Shown: one piece after another, positions 42,177 through 55,630 of the stretch
Layout: every line of letters begins with the position of its first letter
How positions within the stretch are numbered: position 1 is the stretch's first letter
Origin: Octopus vulgaris
Lineage: Eukaryota
Assembly (NCBI GenBank): GCA_951406725.2
Contig: OX597823.1
Coordinates: 45,198,001-45,262,000, forward strand
Length of the DNA stretch: 64,000 bases
Direction: 5' to 3'
The notes under the pieces: generated by a model
Told to the model about the DNA's origin: nothing
The model's database searches: none
What the model saw: the letters and a program-made list of their open reading frames with translations, nothing else
Position numbers and translations under genes: made by a program

Positions 42177-42956
42177 GCATATATATATGCATATATATAT
42201 ATATATATATATGTATATATGTCCACACATATGTATTACATAAGCACAGACACACATACACACACATATGCACATGGATATGCATGTGCTTATAAACAAT
42301 TTTGGATAACTAACGTAAATTTCCCAGACAGAATTTAGCATAGTGGATATCAAACCCAAATAGAATACAACACTTTGGATAATAGCTGTAAAATAACTCA
42401 CATAGAATACAGCACACCAGATATCTAAGTTGTCGTAACAATGAAATATGAACGTTAATGCCAAATTACTGTCAGGAGATTGAAAATAGCAAGATATCAA
42501 GATGTTTACAAGTGAATAATTCAATCCAATACCATTGCTAAAGACTAAAACGTGAAGACACTGTTTAATTGAGCACACTAAATTTGATATTTCATGTTAC
42601 TCATTCTGAATGTAAAGGAAATACATAAGAAAATATTTTAAAGAACAGACAGAGATGGAGTAAGTTGCAAAATGAATTGATGAAAAACTAAAAAGACAAG
42701 TCGGTCTATGAAAGACTTGATTGGAAGAATTTAGATTCTTCTATTCAATTTCTGTATGGTCAGTCATGTATATTCATTGTTTGGTAAAATTGTCATTCCA
42801 CTGTAGCTAACACCACCATCATTGCCACCGAGTCTTGCATACAGCAGCTATTATTGGAAATGCCATGTACGATCAGTTAGTTGGTTGGTTAGTCTAAATA
42901 ATATCTTCCCAACAAATACATAATTTCAGATATCTTTCCTCCTATACACACAACAT

Positions 42957-43002
<46 letters not shown>

Positions 43003-43208
43003 TGTATATATACATACATACGTACATACATACATACATACGTTAGGAAGGGCATCCAACTGTAGAAACACTGACAGATCAGACTGGAACCTGGTGTAAC
43101 CTCCTGGCTTCCCAGACCCTGGTCAAACCGTCCAACCCATGCTAACATGGAAAATGGACGTTAAACGATGATGATTATGATGATGATGATGATATATATA
43201 CTGTATAT

Positions 43209-43425
43209 AAAAGAATGAGATGACAAAAGGAATAAATAATTATCGTATGACCTTCATTAGCTTACAACTGTTTCTACTATTAAATGCAGTGGACTCCGGG
43301 TACTCAACTATGACTTCACTGCATCTTATAGCAGAAACAGATGTAAGCTAATGAAGTTCATAAGACAATTGTTTATTCCTTTGTCATCTTATTTTGTAAT
43401 TACTGCTCTGTACTCAACTAATACT
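43209..43425. repeat. Palindromic mini-element
   Basis: ~85-bp imperfect inverted arms, each containing GAAACAGNTGTAAGCTAATGAAG. gtactcaacta is repeated in the spacer and the tail. Confidence 0.7.
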
Positions 43426-43438
43426 TCTTTCAGAAGTA

Positions 43439-43705
43439 TGAGGTCTGATCAATAAGTAGTCGGACTGGTGCTATAAAAACAAAACTACAACATGTAGCAA
43501 TTTGGCATTTAATCTCCTGCAAATAATCCCCTTTGGAAGCTACACACTTAATCCAGAGCTGTTTCCATTGATGGAAGCATTCCTGGAAATCGTTTTCTGG
43601 GATAATCAGCAACTGCTTTGTCACATTCACTTTGATTTCCTCGACATCCTGAAATCTTTTTCCTTTCAAGCAGGATTTGAGTTTTGGAAAGAGAAAAAGT
43701 TGTCA
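43439..43705 (-). mobile_element. Mariner transposase C-terminal fragment with one TIR
   Basis: KGKRFQDVEEIK...FQECFHQWKQLWIKCVASKGDY and TIR-like tgaggtctgatcaataagtagtcggac. Confidence 0.75.
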
Positions 43706-45788
43706 TTGCTCATCTCTGCAATTTTGTTACATATATAGACCTTCATCTCAGTCAGCCTCCATGTGATCCCACTGCAGCTCTTGTGTAGCTATTGTTTACA
43801 TTGGGTACACCATATGGTATTCCTATCAGCACCTCTTTTGTGTGTATCAAGTATGGCTACTTTCTAGGTGGCAGAAGAATCCAGTATTCTTTCCTGTTGA
43901 TTAAATCTTCAATCTTTGCTAGGTTTACTTTAAAGCTTGTCAATTCTAAGTTTGCTTCTACGTTTGCAATATCATTTCCAATTATGTTACAGATCCTAGT
44001 ATGAAAATTATGTTAACCACATACATAAGACAGCTGCTATGAAATGGAGAACTATGATAAAGATAAAGAATTTGAGAATCAAGCTCTGAAGGGCACATAC
44101 CTACATAAAGTCTTAACTGAATTTGTTGTTGTCACTTTGCTGACTGCATTTCCATGCATAACTTGCACAGTTCTCACAACCATTTTATCCCCTAGTTTTC
44201 TTTATGACCATTAAACTGGAGAGTACGGTACCCTGTCAGAGACCTTCTCTAGGCCCAATGAATCTATAGTGGTTTGTTCTTTGCTAAGAGCACTTGTTGT
44301 TGTCTCACTTGGAAACCCATCCTGGCACAAATTAAGACTCTCACATCTAAACAAATTTTTCTTCTATTTTGGTTATGCTATAGCTCTTCCTGTGGTTTTC
44401 ATCACTTACTCTATTATTTTGATGCCCATATAATTACCTCTTCCAAAAGCATCTTCTTTCATCATCATCATCATCATCGTCGTCGTTTAACATCTGTTTT
44501 CCATGCTGGCATGGGTTGGACGGTTTGACTGAGGTCTGGAAAGTCAGCAGCTGCACCTGGCTTTTTACATGCCACGAGCACAGGAGCCAGTCAGGTGGCT
44601 CTGGCATCGATCATGTTTGGATAGTGCCTTTTACATGACCCCGGCATGGGAGCCAGTCAGGGGGCACTGCCACTGGTCATGTTTGGATGGTGCTTTTTAT
44701 GTGTCACTGGCACAGGAGCCAGTCATTGTAATACTGTCCAGTAGACTATATTAATACTAAAGTACTCTCTGGAAATGATCCCTTCCTCTGTTCCCTGATT
44801 AATTATGCATGGAACTAACAGATATTTTGTCAGATATTTTCAGCATTCTAATGACTGTTCTTAATGCTCTAGTTACTTCCCCTGCCTTTGTATCCTTAAT
44901 GGCTATTTTTTCAAATGTATAGCTGTCACTGTGATATTCTGAGATGCTCTATGGGGCTTTTATAGCTAGGGAGTTATCTTACTTGCCAGGCATTGTTAGC
45001 CGCACATAACAGAAATGGTGGGGAGGGGAGAAATAAATAGTGGTCTCCTGGAATGCTTGGGGAGGGATCTCTGCTGTCAGGTTCTCTGTAGTACAGCTGA
45101 GTGTGGACATTGATATGATTGTGGCATTCATTCACCTATGGATGAAATTACCTGGATTACTAAAAGTCTCTCTTGACTCTATGTTGGCACAAAGTAAATG
45201 GATAAAGAATTGAAATAGTCAAGAAGATATGTCACATCATCATCATTATTTAATGTCCATTTTCCTTTCTGGCATGGGTTAGACGGTTTGACCATAGCTG
45301 GCAAGATGGAGAGCTACACCAGGTTCCAGTCTGATATGGCTTAGTTTCTATTGCTTGATGCCCTTCCTAATTCCAGTCACTAGAAGGTTGTTAATCTTTG
45401 ACATGAATCTGCCCAACCAGCCAAGATGGCATTCCAGTCACTTTCAGTGATTAGTCCTTCACTTGAATCTATCAGAGATTGTCTGTTTGTCTCTCTGTTT
45501 CTTTTTCCTATGCATTATTCTTGTTCAGTAACCTATCACAACATTTCTTTGCCTCTTTATTCTTGGCATCATTGACAGTGAGTGCAGCACCATCATTTCA
45601 TACATATTTCATACAAACATTCTGAATCATGCTGGCACACTTCTTTGCAAACCAGAACAGCTAATGCCTCTTGCTTTGCAGAACATTGCCAAGTTTCTTA
45701 CTTTCTGCTTATTCACTCTTTGCCGAGGTATGTAATAGGTTTTGATCTATTTCTCCTTGATATATGATGACCGAGCGCTTCTTTAGAC

Positions 45789-46027
45789 CAGTGTTTCTCA
45801 ATCATTTTTTTACTTCTAGGCCTCTAGGATTCCTATTTCACTCAGATGAACCCTCGAGGCCATTCAATGTTTAAAAAAAATTCATATAATATTTTTATGA
45901 TCAAATATTATTAGGATATATATATATGAATATTTAAAATATTTTGTGAATTGTTGAAGTATAACCAATTTATTGCAGATAAATTTTAACAGAAAAATCT
46001 TAAACGGATCCCTGTTGAGAACCATTG
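45789..46027. mobile_element. hAT (Charlie-like) MITE
   Basis: Perfect 8-bp TSD CTTTAGAC (45781-88 and 46028-35). TIRs cagtgtttctcaa and ttgagaaccattg. Related pieces at about 10900-11095 and from 55064. Confidence 0.85.
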
Positions 46028-46559
46028 CTTTAGACCTTCATCAGTCCACGAAATTTTTTAGATTCCCCAGATTGATTTCTGTTATTGGATTAGTGTACCT
46101 CTTATTCTGATGTCACTAATCATTTGTCTATGTTCAGTTGTACACACTTTTTTCTTAAGAAATACTTCAATTCACAACCATCTATCCTGTTTCCTGGTGA
46201 ACATGAAATCTATCTGGTTTGTGTGGTGCTCACTTGAGTGTTAAGTGATCAGGTGGCTGGCTAATTTACTGAAGTTAAAATTGCAAATGGTTGGGTAATT
46301 TGCATCACAGAGTTTCAAAGAGCCTTGATAGCTTTTCATTCCATTTATCATAACCATAGCTACCTCAGAATGGTTACTATGTTGCTTCATAACACACTTA
46401 TTACAGTCACCATTCATAACTAGGATGCCGCTGTTATTGAGATGATCTGCTATGGAGACTTATAGAAATGATTCTTTTGTCCATCAGTCAGTCTTGATAA
46501 TAATGCAGAGTTCACAGTTGTGGCCATGTTGCCTATGACTAACTCAAAATTAATTATTC

Positions 46560-46865
46560 TGTGTTGGTCCATGTAAAAAGCACCAATGATAGTTCACCTA
46601 AAAAGCACCCATGCTGGCCCATGTAAAAAGCTCATGTTCTAGTTCACATGAAAAGCACCCATACTTGTCCACATAAAAAGCGCTAGTACTGGTCTACATA
46701 AAAGCACCCGTGCCAGTCCACGTTAAAAGCACCCGGTACATTCTGTAAGGTAGCTGGCATTAGGAAGTGCATCAGCCTTAGAAACCAAGTCAAATCATCA
46801 GACTGGAATCTTGCTAGCTCTGGTCAAACTGTCCAACCCATGCCAGTATGGAAAATGGATGTTAA

Positions 46866-46897
<32 letters not shown>
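46560..46897 (+). mobile_element. Family C: RTE-like 3' tail element ending in (GAT)n, with internal ~24-26-bp tandem repeats
   Basis: Tail ccaacccatgccagcatggaaaa(c/t)ggacgttaaa(c/t)gatgatgat. Others at about 7350-7590(+), 23400-23560(-), 40248-40630(-), 43021-43192(+), 44460-44725(-), 45235-45375(-) and 50240-50520(+). Confidence 0.75.
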
Positions 46898-46898
<1 letters not shown>

Positions 46899-47134
46899 TG
46901 ACATATCCTGACTATTTCAGTTTATTCATTTACTTTGTGCCAACATAGAGCCAAGAGAGACTTGAAGTAATAAAGTAAGAGAATAATGTTCATTTAGCTG
47001 AATGGCTTCCTTGAGAAAATGGGAATAATATACCATGCTTAGGAGCCATCAAGGATAACAGTACCAATTGAATTTTCAGTTTATGAAGCTGCAGGGAGAG
47101 AGGCATATAGAAAGTAATAGAGAATGATACATAT

Positions 47135-47193
<59 letters not shown>

Positions 47194-47560
47194 CAGAGAA
47201 ACTGAGAGGAATTTCTCATATATGTGTGTGTTTGGGTCAGCGATAAGAGAGATAGGTAGGCATTATTGAGGCAAGCATTCTCTGTTGGATGTGTAATGTT
47301 AGTGTGCATCAACAATGAAGCATAAATCAATTAAGAGAAAAACAATTTGGTATAAGAAAAATCATCTGCTTTGTGCAAGATTATGGATATGTGATGCATG
47401 TGATGAACAACAGTTGAGTGAAAAAAAAACACACGCACACCATGTTATCCTAGAGGAAGGATTTTATGGAAGAGGAAGACTGAGATGAAGTAATAAATGC
47501 TGATCCCAAAATACTGACCCTCACAAAGGAGATCATAATGGACCACAGAAGTAAGTCTAA

Positions 47561-47980
47561 TAAGGCAGCAAGCTGGCAGAAACTTTAGCATGCTGGGCGA
47601 AATGCTTAGTGGTATTTTGTCTGCTGTTACGTTCTGAGTTCAAATTCTGCCGAGGTTGATGTTGCCTTTCATCCTTTCGGAGTCGATAAATTAAGTACCA
47701 GTTATGCACTGAGGTCGATATAATTGACTTAATCCATGTGTCTGTCCTTGTTTGTCCCCTCTGTGTTTAGCTCCTTGTGGGTAGTAAAGAAATTGGTATT
47801 TCGTCTGTCGCTACGTTCTGAGTTCAAATTCCGCCGAGGTCGACTTCACCTTTCATCCTTTCTGGGTCGATAAATTAAGTATCAGTTACACACTGGGGTC
47901 GATGTAATCGACGTAATCCATTTGTCTGTCCTTATTTGTCCCCTCTACGTTTAGCCCCTTGTGGGCAATAAAGAAATAAG
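47561..47980 (+). mobile_element. SINE family B head-to-tail dimer (second unit 5'-truncated)
   Basis: The unit restarts at ggtatttcgtctg, about 47795. Confidence 0.85.
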
Positions 47981-48621
47981 AAATAATTCTAATACTGGCA
48001 TAAATTCCCCTTTGGCACACAACAGGCCAGCATAGTATATCTAGCTACACGCCCACATTCTGTTGCTTCTCCAAGCACTGTATGCTGCCATCTTCATGCT
48101 TCACATGACTTGTTAAATTCCCTATATTTTGAGTTCTTTCACTTATTTTTTCACTTCCTATTACTTTGTGACTCAACAACAAGGAATTTTTTTTTTATTA
48201 TCAAATCAAACCATTCCATAGCGTTAAGGAACTGTTTCTTTATTATAATATGGCTTGGGAAGATGATTGCTTTTCCCAATTCCTGCCTGCACCTTTCAGT
48301 CATAAGCACCATTCAAAAGTCCCAAGCACCATGCACAGTGCCCAGGAAATGAAGTAGAAGTCAACAGCAGGACATGGGTAGTTGTTTCTGCCTCTGCTTT
48401 TACTCCACCAGTGTTGAAGGTCTTGTCGAAGTTCGTAGGCACTACTATCCATTTCTACTTCGAGTAAGCTATAAAAAGTTACAAGAATATGACTACTTGG
48501 GATTGAAAAGAAATCAATAACAACCTAGTTTAATGATGTTGTTGATGGTTCAGCTATTTTCAATAATTTTTTAATTTTCTAGATTTTAATTTTATTCTGA
48601 AATAAATAGCCAAATTTCTAA

Positions 48622-48826
<205 letters not shown>

Positions 48827-49780
48827 CACAAAGGATAAGCCCCGCTTTCCCAGGAATTACCGGGTATGTCAGCTAGTATATACATATATGTACATATACA
48901 TATATCTACATATATATATACAGATATATTTATACATAAATATATATACATATATATGTATACAAGTACATATATATATATATATATATACATTCCCTCA
49001 AGCACTTACACACACATGTACACATACGACGGTAACTTCTGTCTACAAGATTCAATCACAAGGCTTTGGTCAGCCTGAGGCTATAACAGAAGACACTTGC
49101 CCAAGGTGCCATGCAGCGAGACTGAACTGGAAACCACACAGCCATGCCTGTGCCTACACACTCACACACACACACACACACACACATAGTCAATTCAAAT
49201 AAACAAACGGCGCTCCATTGTGACTGCAGCCACATGACTGAAAAGAGTAAGAAAATAAAAGAATAAAATTCATCTAAATGGATCATCATCATCATCGTCG
49301 TTGTTTAATGTCTGCCTTCCATATTGACATGGGTGGGATTAGATAAAAAACGTGAAAAGAATGAAAAATGATGAACGTGAGAACGTGCTCAAGAAGTATA
49401 TTGGCTTGACGCTTGGTGAAAAGAGAGAGTTTAACATTTACACACACACACATTTGCACTAACACACACACACATGTGTACAAACACACATGCACCCCCC
49501 ACCACACATGGCCACTCCTTCTCCAACCACAACAAAATTTGATGAATAAATTAATCTAATATTTTGATTATATCTGTTGAGATCTACAAGTTGTGTCTGT
49601 TTAATCTGCCTTTAAATGACTGGTGTATTTAGTCTATAGATTAGAGTGTTTATTTAGACAATAGTGAACTAGCTGAGACACTAAAACACTTTTCAGTACA
49701 ATAGGTTACAACGACTGATTCAGTATTTCATTGTTCTGTCTTTAAATCTTGTCCAAACTGAGTTCATCATTCATTATTTC

Positions 49781-50174
49781 AGGCACAGGAGTGGCTGTGT
49801 GGTAAGTAGATTGCTTACCAACCACATGGTTCCGGGTTCAGTCCCACTGCATGGCACCTTGGGCAAGTGTCTTCTACTATAGCCTCGGGCTGACCAAAGC
49901 CTTTGGTTGACGGAAACTGAAAGAAGCCTGTTGTATATATATATATATATATATGTATGTGTTAGTATATGTTTGTGTGTCTGTGTTTGTCCCCCCAATG
50001 TCGCTTAACAACTGATGCTGGTGTGTTTGCATCCCGGTAACTTAGTGGTTTAGCAAAAGGAACTGATAGAATAAGTACTAGGCTTACAAAGAATAAGTCC
50101 TGGGGCTGATTTGCTTGACTAAAGGTGGTGCTCCAACATGGCTGCAGTCAAATGACTGAAATAAGTAAAAGAGT
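49781..50174 (+). mobile_element. SINE family A
   Basis: Matches family A. Confidence 0.85.
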
Positions 50175-50511
50175 ATTAAATAACACCTGTACTATTAATA
50201 TACTTGTGCTCACCCAAAAGGTTTCAATATTTGCAGGCAGCATCATGTAAAAAGCTGGTGCCACATAAAAAGCACCTGCACTAGTGCTGTATAAAAAGCA
50301 CCTGTGCTGGTACTGTGTATAAAGCACTGGTGCTGGTGCCACGTGAAAAGACACCCAGTACACTCTGTAAAGTGGTTGGTATTAGGAAGGGCATCCAGCT
50401 GTTGAAACAACCCATGTCAAAAAAAAACAATTGGAGCTTGGTGCAGCTCTATGGCTTGCCAGCTTCTGTCAAACCACCCAACCCATACCAGCATGGAAAT
50501 GGATGTTGAAA

Positions 50512-50567
50512 GATAATGATGACAATGAGGTTGATGACGGTGATGATAGTGATGATGATGGTGACAG

Positions 50568-50612
<45 letters not shown>

Positions 50613-50665
50613 CAATGATGATGATGGTGATGATGATGGTGATGACAATGATGATGATGATGATA
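50512..50665. repeat. (GAT)n expansion at a family C tail
   Basis: Read directly from the sequence. Confidence 0.95.
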
Positions 50666-50921
50666 TGTCTATGTAATCATATGCACATACCCAATCAGTG
50701 TTTTGGTACTGAGCAAATCCAGTTAATACTTTCAAATTGTAATTATTTTGTAGCCAGCTGCAAACTGTTTATGTCTAATTAAAGCTGACATAAAATGTCT
50801 ATTAACTGATCAACCCACACTGTCTACTTATAGTATTTTTTGTCATTTACTCTTTTGGTTCAAGTCAGCACCTTTAAGTTGTTCATATTGGTTTCAAACT
50901 TTGACACAAGGCCAGCAAGTT

Positions 50922-51154
50922 AAGGCGGCGAGCTGGTAGAAATATTAGCACGCAGGGTGAAATGCTTAGAGGTATTTCATCTGCCGTCATGTTCTGAGTT
51001 CAAATTCCGCTGAGGTCGACTTTGCCTTTCATCCTTTCAGGGTCGATAAATTAAGTACCAGTTATGCACTGGGGCCAATGTATTCGACTTAATCCCTTTG
51101 TCTGTCCTTGTTTGTCCCCTCTATGTTTAGCCCCTTGTGGGCAATAAAGAAATA
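50922..51154 (+). mobile_element. SINE family B nested antisense in a family B variant (about 50885-51360, -)
   Basis: 16-bp TSD acaaggccagcaagtt/acaaggctagcaagtt (50906-21 and 51155-70). Confidence 0.85.
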
Positions 51155-53212
51155 ACAAGGCTAGCAAGTTTGAGGGTGGGGCTAAGTTAGCTACTTCGAC
51201 CCCAGTGCTCAACTGGTACTTATTTCATCAACCCCCAAAAGGATGAAAGGATGGAAAGCAAAGCTGACCTTGGTGGAATTTGAACCTAAAACATAAAGAC
51301 AGACAAAATGCCACAAAGCATTTTGTTTGAATGCTAATGATTCTGCCAGCTCACCACCTTCTTCAAGTTGATCATATTGACTTTACTCAAGAACTTGCTT
51401 GACCAATCCATGTTTCTTGAATCACTGAGTTATGAAACATACACAGTCACACACAAATACATATGTACACATGTACACATCATCACCATTGTCCTCCTTT
51501 TATGCTTGCTTTACATTTTGGAATGGGTTGGATGGGATATAACCACTCTCCAAGAAAAGTTGGAGGACTATGTCTTGCATGAAAACTTAATTTCTTGCAT
51601 GCTTTCTATGACTGGACTCCTTTACAGAGTGTACTTAGTGCATTTTTACCAGAGCAGCAGTGCTAATATAGACATCATGTCTTCGATGAAACTAAACAAG
51701 TGTCGCAAGTCCACACTGAACAGAGTGCACTTGGTGCATTTCCTCATGGCTCCAGCATGAGAGAGGACAGGGGTGAGATCACACTGGACAGCATAAGGTG
51801 GATAAACAGTGAGAGTGAGTGACAGATGTTAACACCAAGTGGCTAGCTTATTTTTCCATGTCTGCATGGATCAGATGGGTTTTGTGGAGGCAGATTTTCT
51901 ATGATGGGATGCCCTTCCTGTCACCAACTCTCACCTGCTTCAAAGTAAAGTAATATTTCCCCATGACCAGACATGTTTTCATGGAAGGTTGGAAACCAAG
52001 GATGCTGGCTGCAAAAGGTGACACTCATTTACAACTATCATGTAATGTCAAGGCAAGGAGACAGTAACACACACACACACACAGACGCACACACACACAC
52101 AGACACACGTACATGCACACAAAACACACACACACAGACACACGTACATGCACACAAAACACACACACAGAGACACACGTACATGCACACACACATGCAC
52201 ACACACACACACATACTACAGTCTTTTTGCAGTTTCCATCACCAAAATCAACTCGTAAGGTTTTGGTTGGCCCAGGGTTGTAGTAGAAGGCACGTGTGTA
52301 AAATGTCACACAGTGGGACTGAACCCAAAACCACATGGCTGAGAAGCAAACTTCTTATCACGCAACAATGCTTTTGCCCATACATCCCCCATCCCCTACA
52401 CAGTGGACTTCTGCAGTTATTATTTACCAAGTTTGCTCTCAAGGTACTGGTTAGTCCCTAACTAGAGTAGAAAATAAATAACCAAGATGTCACACAATGA
52501 AACTGAACTTGAAATCACAGAATTGTGAGACAAAGTCCTTAACTGCTTATTGATGTTACTAAAAATTTCCACAAGCTCTTTATGTCCCTCAAATAGTAAA
52601 AGCTGAAGCTATATCAGTTCACATATCCAGTGTATGCTTGTGTACTTGAGCATTATTAAGATTAACAGCCCTCCACCAGTTGCAACACTGAGTCTTCCAG
52701 TTGATCCAACCAATGGAACAGTCTGCTCATGAAATTAACATGCAAGTACCTGAGCACTCCACAGATATGTGTACTATACAGATATGTATACTCTTAATGT
52801 AGTTCTCAGGCAGATTTGGTGTGACACAGAATGTGAGAAGGCTGGCCCTTTGAAATATAGGTACTACTCATTTTTGCCAGCTTGAGTGGACTGGGGCAAC
52901 GGGAAATAAAGTGTCTTGCTCAAGAACATAATGCACCACTGGGAACTGAACTCACAACCATATGATTGTGAGCCAAATACCCTAACCAGGAAGCCAAATA
53001 CTTTCTGGTTGAGCATTATGGGCTAAAAATTACCTATTAAAAAAACAAACAAAATCCCTGAAAATGAAGACAGAAAATAAGAATGCTGCATAGAGTGAAA
53101 GCAGTAAGATGGCACATCCATGAGAATTATCAAATCAAGAAGCTAATGAATGAATTACAAACACAAACATCATAAGAACCCAGTTGCCCAATAACATAAC
53201 AAATGTTCTCAC

Positions 53213-53324
53213 GTGATATCAGCATTAGCATGCAAACCAAAGCACTCGGGAGTGTCTTGCAGTGGTAGGGCTTCAATAGAAATTCGGTAGTCATCAACTG
53301 TCTTGCATTTTGGGATTTTATAAC
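53213..53324 (-). CDS. DNAH5: Axonemal dynein heavy chain (DNAH5/8-like), first exon in window (gene continues upstream)
   Basis: Acceptor tctcag|GT TAT, donor AC|gtgaga. Encodes [38 protein letters not shown], with the FGLHxNA(D/E)I motif of the dynein HC C-terminal region. 112 bp, phase 1 to phase 2. DNAH5 vs DNAH8 cannot be resolved. Confidence 0.93.
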
Positions 53325-53690
53325 CTGAGAAAAACGAAAATATGAAAAAAGAATTAGAGCTTTCAAAGCCAAGCCAACTAGTTTCATTGATATGCTTTTC
53401 TTTTGCTATTCTTTTGCTTATTTCAGTCATTTGTTTTTTTGAATTTGTAAGTATGTCCAGGAATGTTAAATGCATAGCATTCAAAAGAGTGCCCAAGGTT
53501 GTTGTTGGAAAGATGGTGGATAATCTTGTGAGTGTATACCAAGTCAGTTGCTAGATGTCGGAACTTTAATGTGTCCATGCCCAGGGAAGCAAGATGTTCA
53601 GGAAAAAGATAATTTCAACAAATCTAGAATCTATCATGTATGGTATTTATTTCATTATATATATAATGAAATAAATACCATACAAGATAG

Positions 53691-53757
<67 letters not shown>

Positions 53758-53905
53758 TTTTAGAAAGTTGATTGCTATGGTGACTCTATCACTGGCCATA
53801 ACTTTCAACTTCCTAAAGCATTGGTACCCAAACTTTTCACAGTGGTTCCCAGCAGTTTTCCCATGGAGCCCTTTTGATATGCTTATCCTTATGTGTATGT
53901 GTGTG

Positions 53906-53961
<56 letters not shown>

Positions 53962-53995
53962 CTTTATTTAAAAGCAGCAGAAAATTCAACAAAAC

Positions 53996-54033
53996 CTGTT
54001 ACTCTGAGTTTCACGTTCCTGTTCGTCGGACAG
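53996..54033 (-). ncRNA. Minimal type I hammerhead ribozyme motif (U4C variant)
   Basis: CTGT-CCGACGA-ACA GGAA CGT-GAAA-CTC A GAG-TA-ACAG. Stem I CTGT/ACAG, stem III CTC/GAG, GUA cleavage triplet, one mismatch in stem II. Confidence 0.6.
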
Positions 54034-54078
54034 TTTTTTGCTAGAATAGAACCGATATGTCAATTTTCTAGCAAAAAA

Positions 54079-54116
54079 CTGTCCGATGAACGGGAACGTA
54101 AAACTCAGAGTAACAG
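54079..54116 (+). ncRNA. Minimal type I hammerhead motif, probably inactivated (GAAA to AAAA)
   Basis: CTGT-CCGATGA-ACG GGAA CGT-AAAA-CTC A GAG-TA-ACAG. All three stems are perfect; G12 is mutated. Confidence 0.55.
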
Positions 54117-55198
54117 GTTTTGTTGAATTTTCTGCTGCTTTTAAATAAAGCATATTACTCTACCACTGGTATTTGAGTACTCTTTTTTCCACCTTGTTTC
54201 ACATTTATGTGTTTACTTCGGTATATATAAATATATATTTGTTTTTATGAAATTTTGAATTTAGTTCATGGATCCCCAGTACTACTTTCGCAGACCATCA
54301 AGTTGGAAACCACTGTCTTAAAGCATATATTACTGCTCTAATATTTTAGCATGTGCTTTTTTTTTGTATATATGAACTACTGACAACCAACACACACACA
54401 CACACACACACACATGAGTGCACACATATGCTAAGGCAATGAGCATCAAAGGAAGACAACACAGAAATGACATGTTGTAACAAATGTGTGTGTGTGTATG
54501 TATGTATGTGCATAGTAGAAGTTAACTAATGTCTAGATATGATTATTTCCATGGAAATTATAACTTTCTTCGATGTTACTATGACAGCTTGTAAAACGAA
54601 GACAACTACCTGCTGCAGTTCCAGAATTAGGCAAGCTTTATTTAGACTACCTTTTCTAGGTAATTCTTGATTAACAAGTAAGCAGTTCTATCCTTGGAAA
54701 AGGACTGCTCAATCACTTGAGGTGTTATTGAATCTAATCACTGAATCTGTCTATCACTATGGTTTGACAAAGAAGTGATCAATACCCCAAGCTGGCAATA
54801 TACAGGTTTGTAATTACATATCTCCGACTAGTCAAGCCTGTATGTTGCATTATACATTATTACAACAGGACTTTGAACTAACCTTAGTGTGCTTTTCAAC
54901 AAATCCCTGCGTGAAAGAAATTGATTACCGAAAGTGAAGTATGCACAAAACTTCGCTCACTTTTCAGATTGAACGGCTCTCTGCCTGGTGGTTCAGTAAT
55001 GGCTGAGATAGACAGACACTGACTGAACCTCAGGTATTACATCAAAGTGTCATTCTATTAGACCAGTGGTTCTCAATCAATTTTTTTTATCTATGGATCC
55101 CTTTGATTATTATTCCATTCTGGCAGACTCCCTAGCCTCTCATTGTTTAAAAACTAGTTTTATGGCTTTTCCTTTCAAAATTCTTATTTCATTTTTTA

Positions 55199-55367
55199 TA
55201 GGCATAGGAGTGGCTGTGTGGTAAGTAGCTTGCTTACCAACCACATGGTTCCGGGTTCAGTCCTACTGAATGGCACCTTGGGCAAGTGTCTTCTACTATA
55301 GCCTCAGGCTGACCAAAGTCTTGTGAGTGGATTTGGTAGACGGAAACTGAAAGAAGCCCGTCGTATT

Positions 55368-55411
<44 letters not shown>

Positions 55412-55630
55412 ATGTGTGTGTGTGTGTGTCTATGTTTGTCCTCCCAACATCACTTGACAACCGATGCTGGTGTGTTTACGTCCCCGTAACTTAGCAGATT
55501 GACATGAGAGACCTATATAATAAGTACTAGGCTTACAAAGAATAAGTCCTGGGGTTGATTTGCTCGACTAAAGGCGGTGTTCCAGTATGGCCACAGTCAA
55601 ATGTGAAAGAGTAAAAAAGAGTAAAGAGTA
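55199..55630 (+). mobile_element. SINE family A inserted in a hAT-like MITE
   Basis: Matches family A. Confidence 0.85.

Larger units (their letters stand above)
53962..54222. mobile_element. Palindromic Penelope-like mini-element with a hammerhead motif in each arm
   Basis: 85-bp inverted arms (53962-54046 and 54066-54150, 3 mismatches), 19-nt spacer, ~70-nt tail, (TA)n flanks. Confidence 0.7.
53819..54315. mobile_element. hAT-like MITE with a nested microsatellite and the palindromic hammerhead element
   Basis: TSD tcctaaag/tcttaaag. TIRs cattggtacccaa and ttggaaaccactg. Confidence 0.7.

Noticed and set aside
54540-55060. Repeat-free, slightly CpG-richer intronic stretch as a nested gene or enhancer
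   Set aside because: No ORF or motif support; it would need cross-species conservation data.
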